From contig JARCRQ010000012.1 in the NCBI GenBank assembly GCA_029850585.1, positions 6,130-70,129 of the forward strand: 64,000 nt of DNA, read 5' to 3'. Of this stretch, positions 62,273 through 64,000 are shown in pieces (position 1 is the stretch's first letter; the number at the start of each line of letters is the position of its first letter). The stretch comes from Sideroxydans sp. (lineage in GTDB: Bacteria > Pseudomonadota > Gammaproteobacteria > Burkholderiales > Gallionellaceae). Made by a program: the position numbers and the translations under genes. Below the pieces are notes generated by a model. It worked only from the letters and a program-made list of their open reading frames with translations, was not told the origin of the DNA and did no database searches.

Positions 62273-63013
62273 TCACATCTGTCTAAACAACTGCGCATAG
62301 CTGCGGCTCACCGCAACTTTCTCAACCCTATCGCGCAGGGTGAGCGACACTTTCCCTAACAAATCGTGATGCGCTGCAACAATCTGCTGCACGTTAACCA
62401 CAGTGCCGCGATGGACTTGCCAAAATTGTTCCGCATCAAGTTGTGCTATCAATTCTTTGAGCGGGGTACGCAATAACAATTCGGCATCACGGGTTAGCAC
62501 AGTGGTGTATTTGTCGGCAGACTGGAAATAGCAAACCTCTTCAACCGCCACCATGCGCACCGACTGTCCTACTTGCACACGCAACCAGCGCAGCTGTTCA
62601 GACTTTGCGGGAGTCGCCAGCAGTTTTTGCAAACGCATAAGCAGCACGTCAGGCTCGACTTCGCTACGCTGTTGCAAGCGTTCTACACATCGCGTCAGGC
62701 GTTCATCGGAAACGGGTTTTAACAAATAATCCACTGCCGCTTGTTCGAATGCCTGCACCGCGTGATCGTCATACGCAGTTACGATTACCACACGGCAATC
62801 CTTTGCTGCAGAACGCGCCGCGTCCAATCCGCTTTGCCCTGGCATACGAATATCGAGAAATGCGATGTCAGGTTTTATTTCTGTGAGTGCAGTTGCCGCC
62901 GATACTCCATCGTGCACGATTGAAGCAATGTGTAATTCAGGCCATAGCTTGGTCAGACGACGACGCAAGTCTTCCGCTAGATGCACTTCGTCGTCGGCGA
63001 TGATGGCTTTCAT
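62273..63013 (-). CDS. LytR/AlgR family response regulator
   Basis: ADDE, FLDIRMPG, DYLLKP, FWQVHRG, VSRSY motifs. Confidence 0.93.
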   Translation of the reverse strand: MKAIIADDEVHLAEDLRRRLTKLWPELHIASIVHDGVSAATALTEIKPDIAFLDIRMPGQSGLDAARSAAKDCRVVIVTAYDDHAVQAFEQAAVDYLLKPVSDERLTRCVERLQQRSEVEPDVLLMRLQKLLATPAKSEQLRWLRVQVGQSVRMVAVEEVCYFQSADKYTTVLTRDAELLLRTPLKELIAQLDAEQFWQVHRGTVVNVQQIVAAHHDLLGKVSLTLRDRVEKVAVSRSYAQLFRQM

Positions 63014-63058
63014 TTCAAATACACTCCGTGATTGATTGAGTTATGAGGTTGTTTGAAT

Positions 63059-64000
63059 TCATATCGGTAACTCCAACCTAGCCATCGCACCAACGTTAGC
63101 ATTGTTCTCCAAGCTCAACTTGCTCGCTTCACCGAACAAAGTTGCCAGCCGCGCACGCACGTTCGCCAGACCAGCACCGCCAAAATTCGGATTGCCGATC
63201 AACCCCACGCCGCTATCGCGTACTTCAACATGCAAACTGGCATTTTGAATCGCAGCACAAATTACAATCTCGCCGCCGCCTATTTTGGGTTCAATACCGT
63301 GACGCACCGCGTTCTCCACCAGCGGTTGCAGCAGCATCGGCGGAAAGGACAAACTGCGGGCATCTTCAGGCACGTCAATCGTCCAGCGCAGGCGTTCACC
63401 AAAACGTATCTTCAAAATCTGCAAATAGTTTTCCAACATATCCAGTTCATCGCCCAAGGTCGATTTGTCATTGCGCGCACGCAGCAGTGCGATGCGCAGC
63501 CAATCATTGAGTCGCCCCAGCAATCGTTTTGATAGCACAGGGTCGCTGTCGATGAGGCTATTCACGTTTGCTAAGCTATTGAACAAGAAGTGGGGTTCTA
63601 TCTGCGCTTGTAGCATCTTGAGTTGCGCTTCCATCTGGTGCTTTTCACTTTCTACCAGATTGAGTTCGCGCTGCTGTACTTCCATGTCTAGGTTCTCGAT
63701 TCGCTCGGACAGGATGCAGATAATGGTCGCGATGATGCCGCAGAAGAGACCGACGAACACGGTCGTGCGTGCAAGTGAGTGACTCCAATCGACGAACCCT
63801 ATCATCCACAAAGCCAAGCCAATACCGATGGCGGTACCGGCAGGCAGGGTGATGGATAGTGCCAGCCAGCGCCACTTACCAAACTTGATGTGCCATATCA
63901 CCAAAGTGTTGATTACCGCGATGGAGAAACCGATACATTGCGAGACGATAAAGTTGCCCCAAAAACTCATCTCGCTCATCACCAACATCAACAAGCCTGC
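63059..64000 (-). CDS. LytS/YehU-type sensor histidine kinase (5' end probably outside the window)
   Basis: LQAQIEPHFLFNSL, LQPLVENAVRHG, GAGLANV motifs; frame is open to the window edge. Confidence 0.9.
   Translation of the reverse strand, partial: AGLLMLVMSEMSFWGNFIVSQCIGFSIAVINTLVIWHIKFGKWRWLALSITLPAGTAIGIGLALWMIGFVDWSHSLARTTVFVGLFCGIIATIICILSERIENLDMEVQQRELNLVESEKHQMEAQLKMLQAQIEPHFLFNSLANVNSLIDSDPVLSKRLLGRLNDWLRIALLRARNDKSTLGDELDMLENYLQILKIRFGERLRWTIDVPEDARSLSFPPMLLQPLVENAVRHGIEPKIGGGEIVICAAIQNASLHVEVRDSGVGLIGNPNFGGAGLANVRARLATLFGEASKLSLENNANVGAMARLELPI

Overview
Betaproteobacterial chromosome segment. Gene order and protein types suggest Gallionellaceae/Nitrosomonadales (inference). It is mostly housekeeping genes: atpI (partial), murI, ybiT-type ABC-F, TPP riboswitch-thiC, uppP, rsmI-lpoA-yraN-gmhA-rfaE2, ubiE, an RND pump, argA, rsmE, tandem pstS, trkAH, the pilGHIJ-chpA chemosensory operon, phr, yqgE-yqgF-pyrB-pyrC', ppsA, xerD and ogt. 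The main accessory element is a complete type II-C CRISPR-Cas locus: tracrRNA, 1118-aa Cas9, cas1, cas2 and 14 x 37-bp repeats with 13 x 30-nt spacers. Adjacent spacers 8 and 9 translate to conserved motifs of the filamentous-phage (inovirus) pI/Zot morphogenesis ATPase. Features missed by the ORF track: a c-di-GMP-I riboswitch ahead of an orphan secreted beta-rich protein; a solo integron attC cassette carrying a CPBP protease; an SHP-cytochrome b-X-diheme cytochrome c operon whose X looks like an unannotated 4-His b561-like cytochrome; a palindromic repeat inserted in frame in the RND pump; a MITE between the RND genes; several REP/REPIN families; a two-component system paired with a Kelch lipoprotein; and a LytS/LytTR island at the right edge. 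All family assignments are by eye and from memory; no searches were run.
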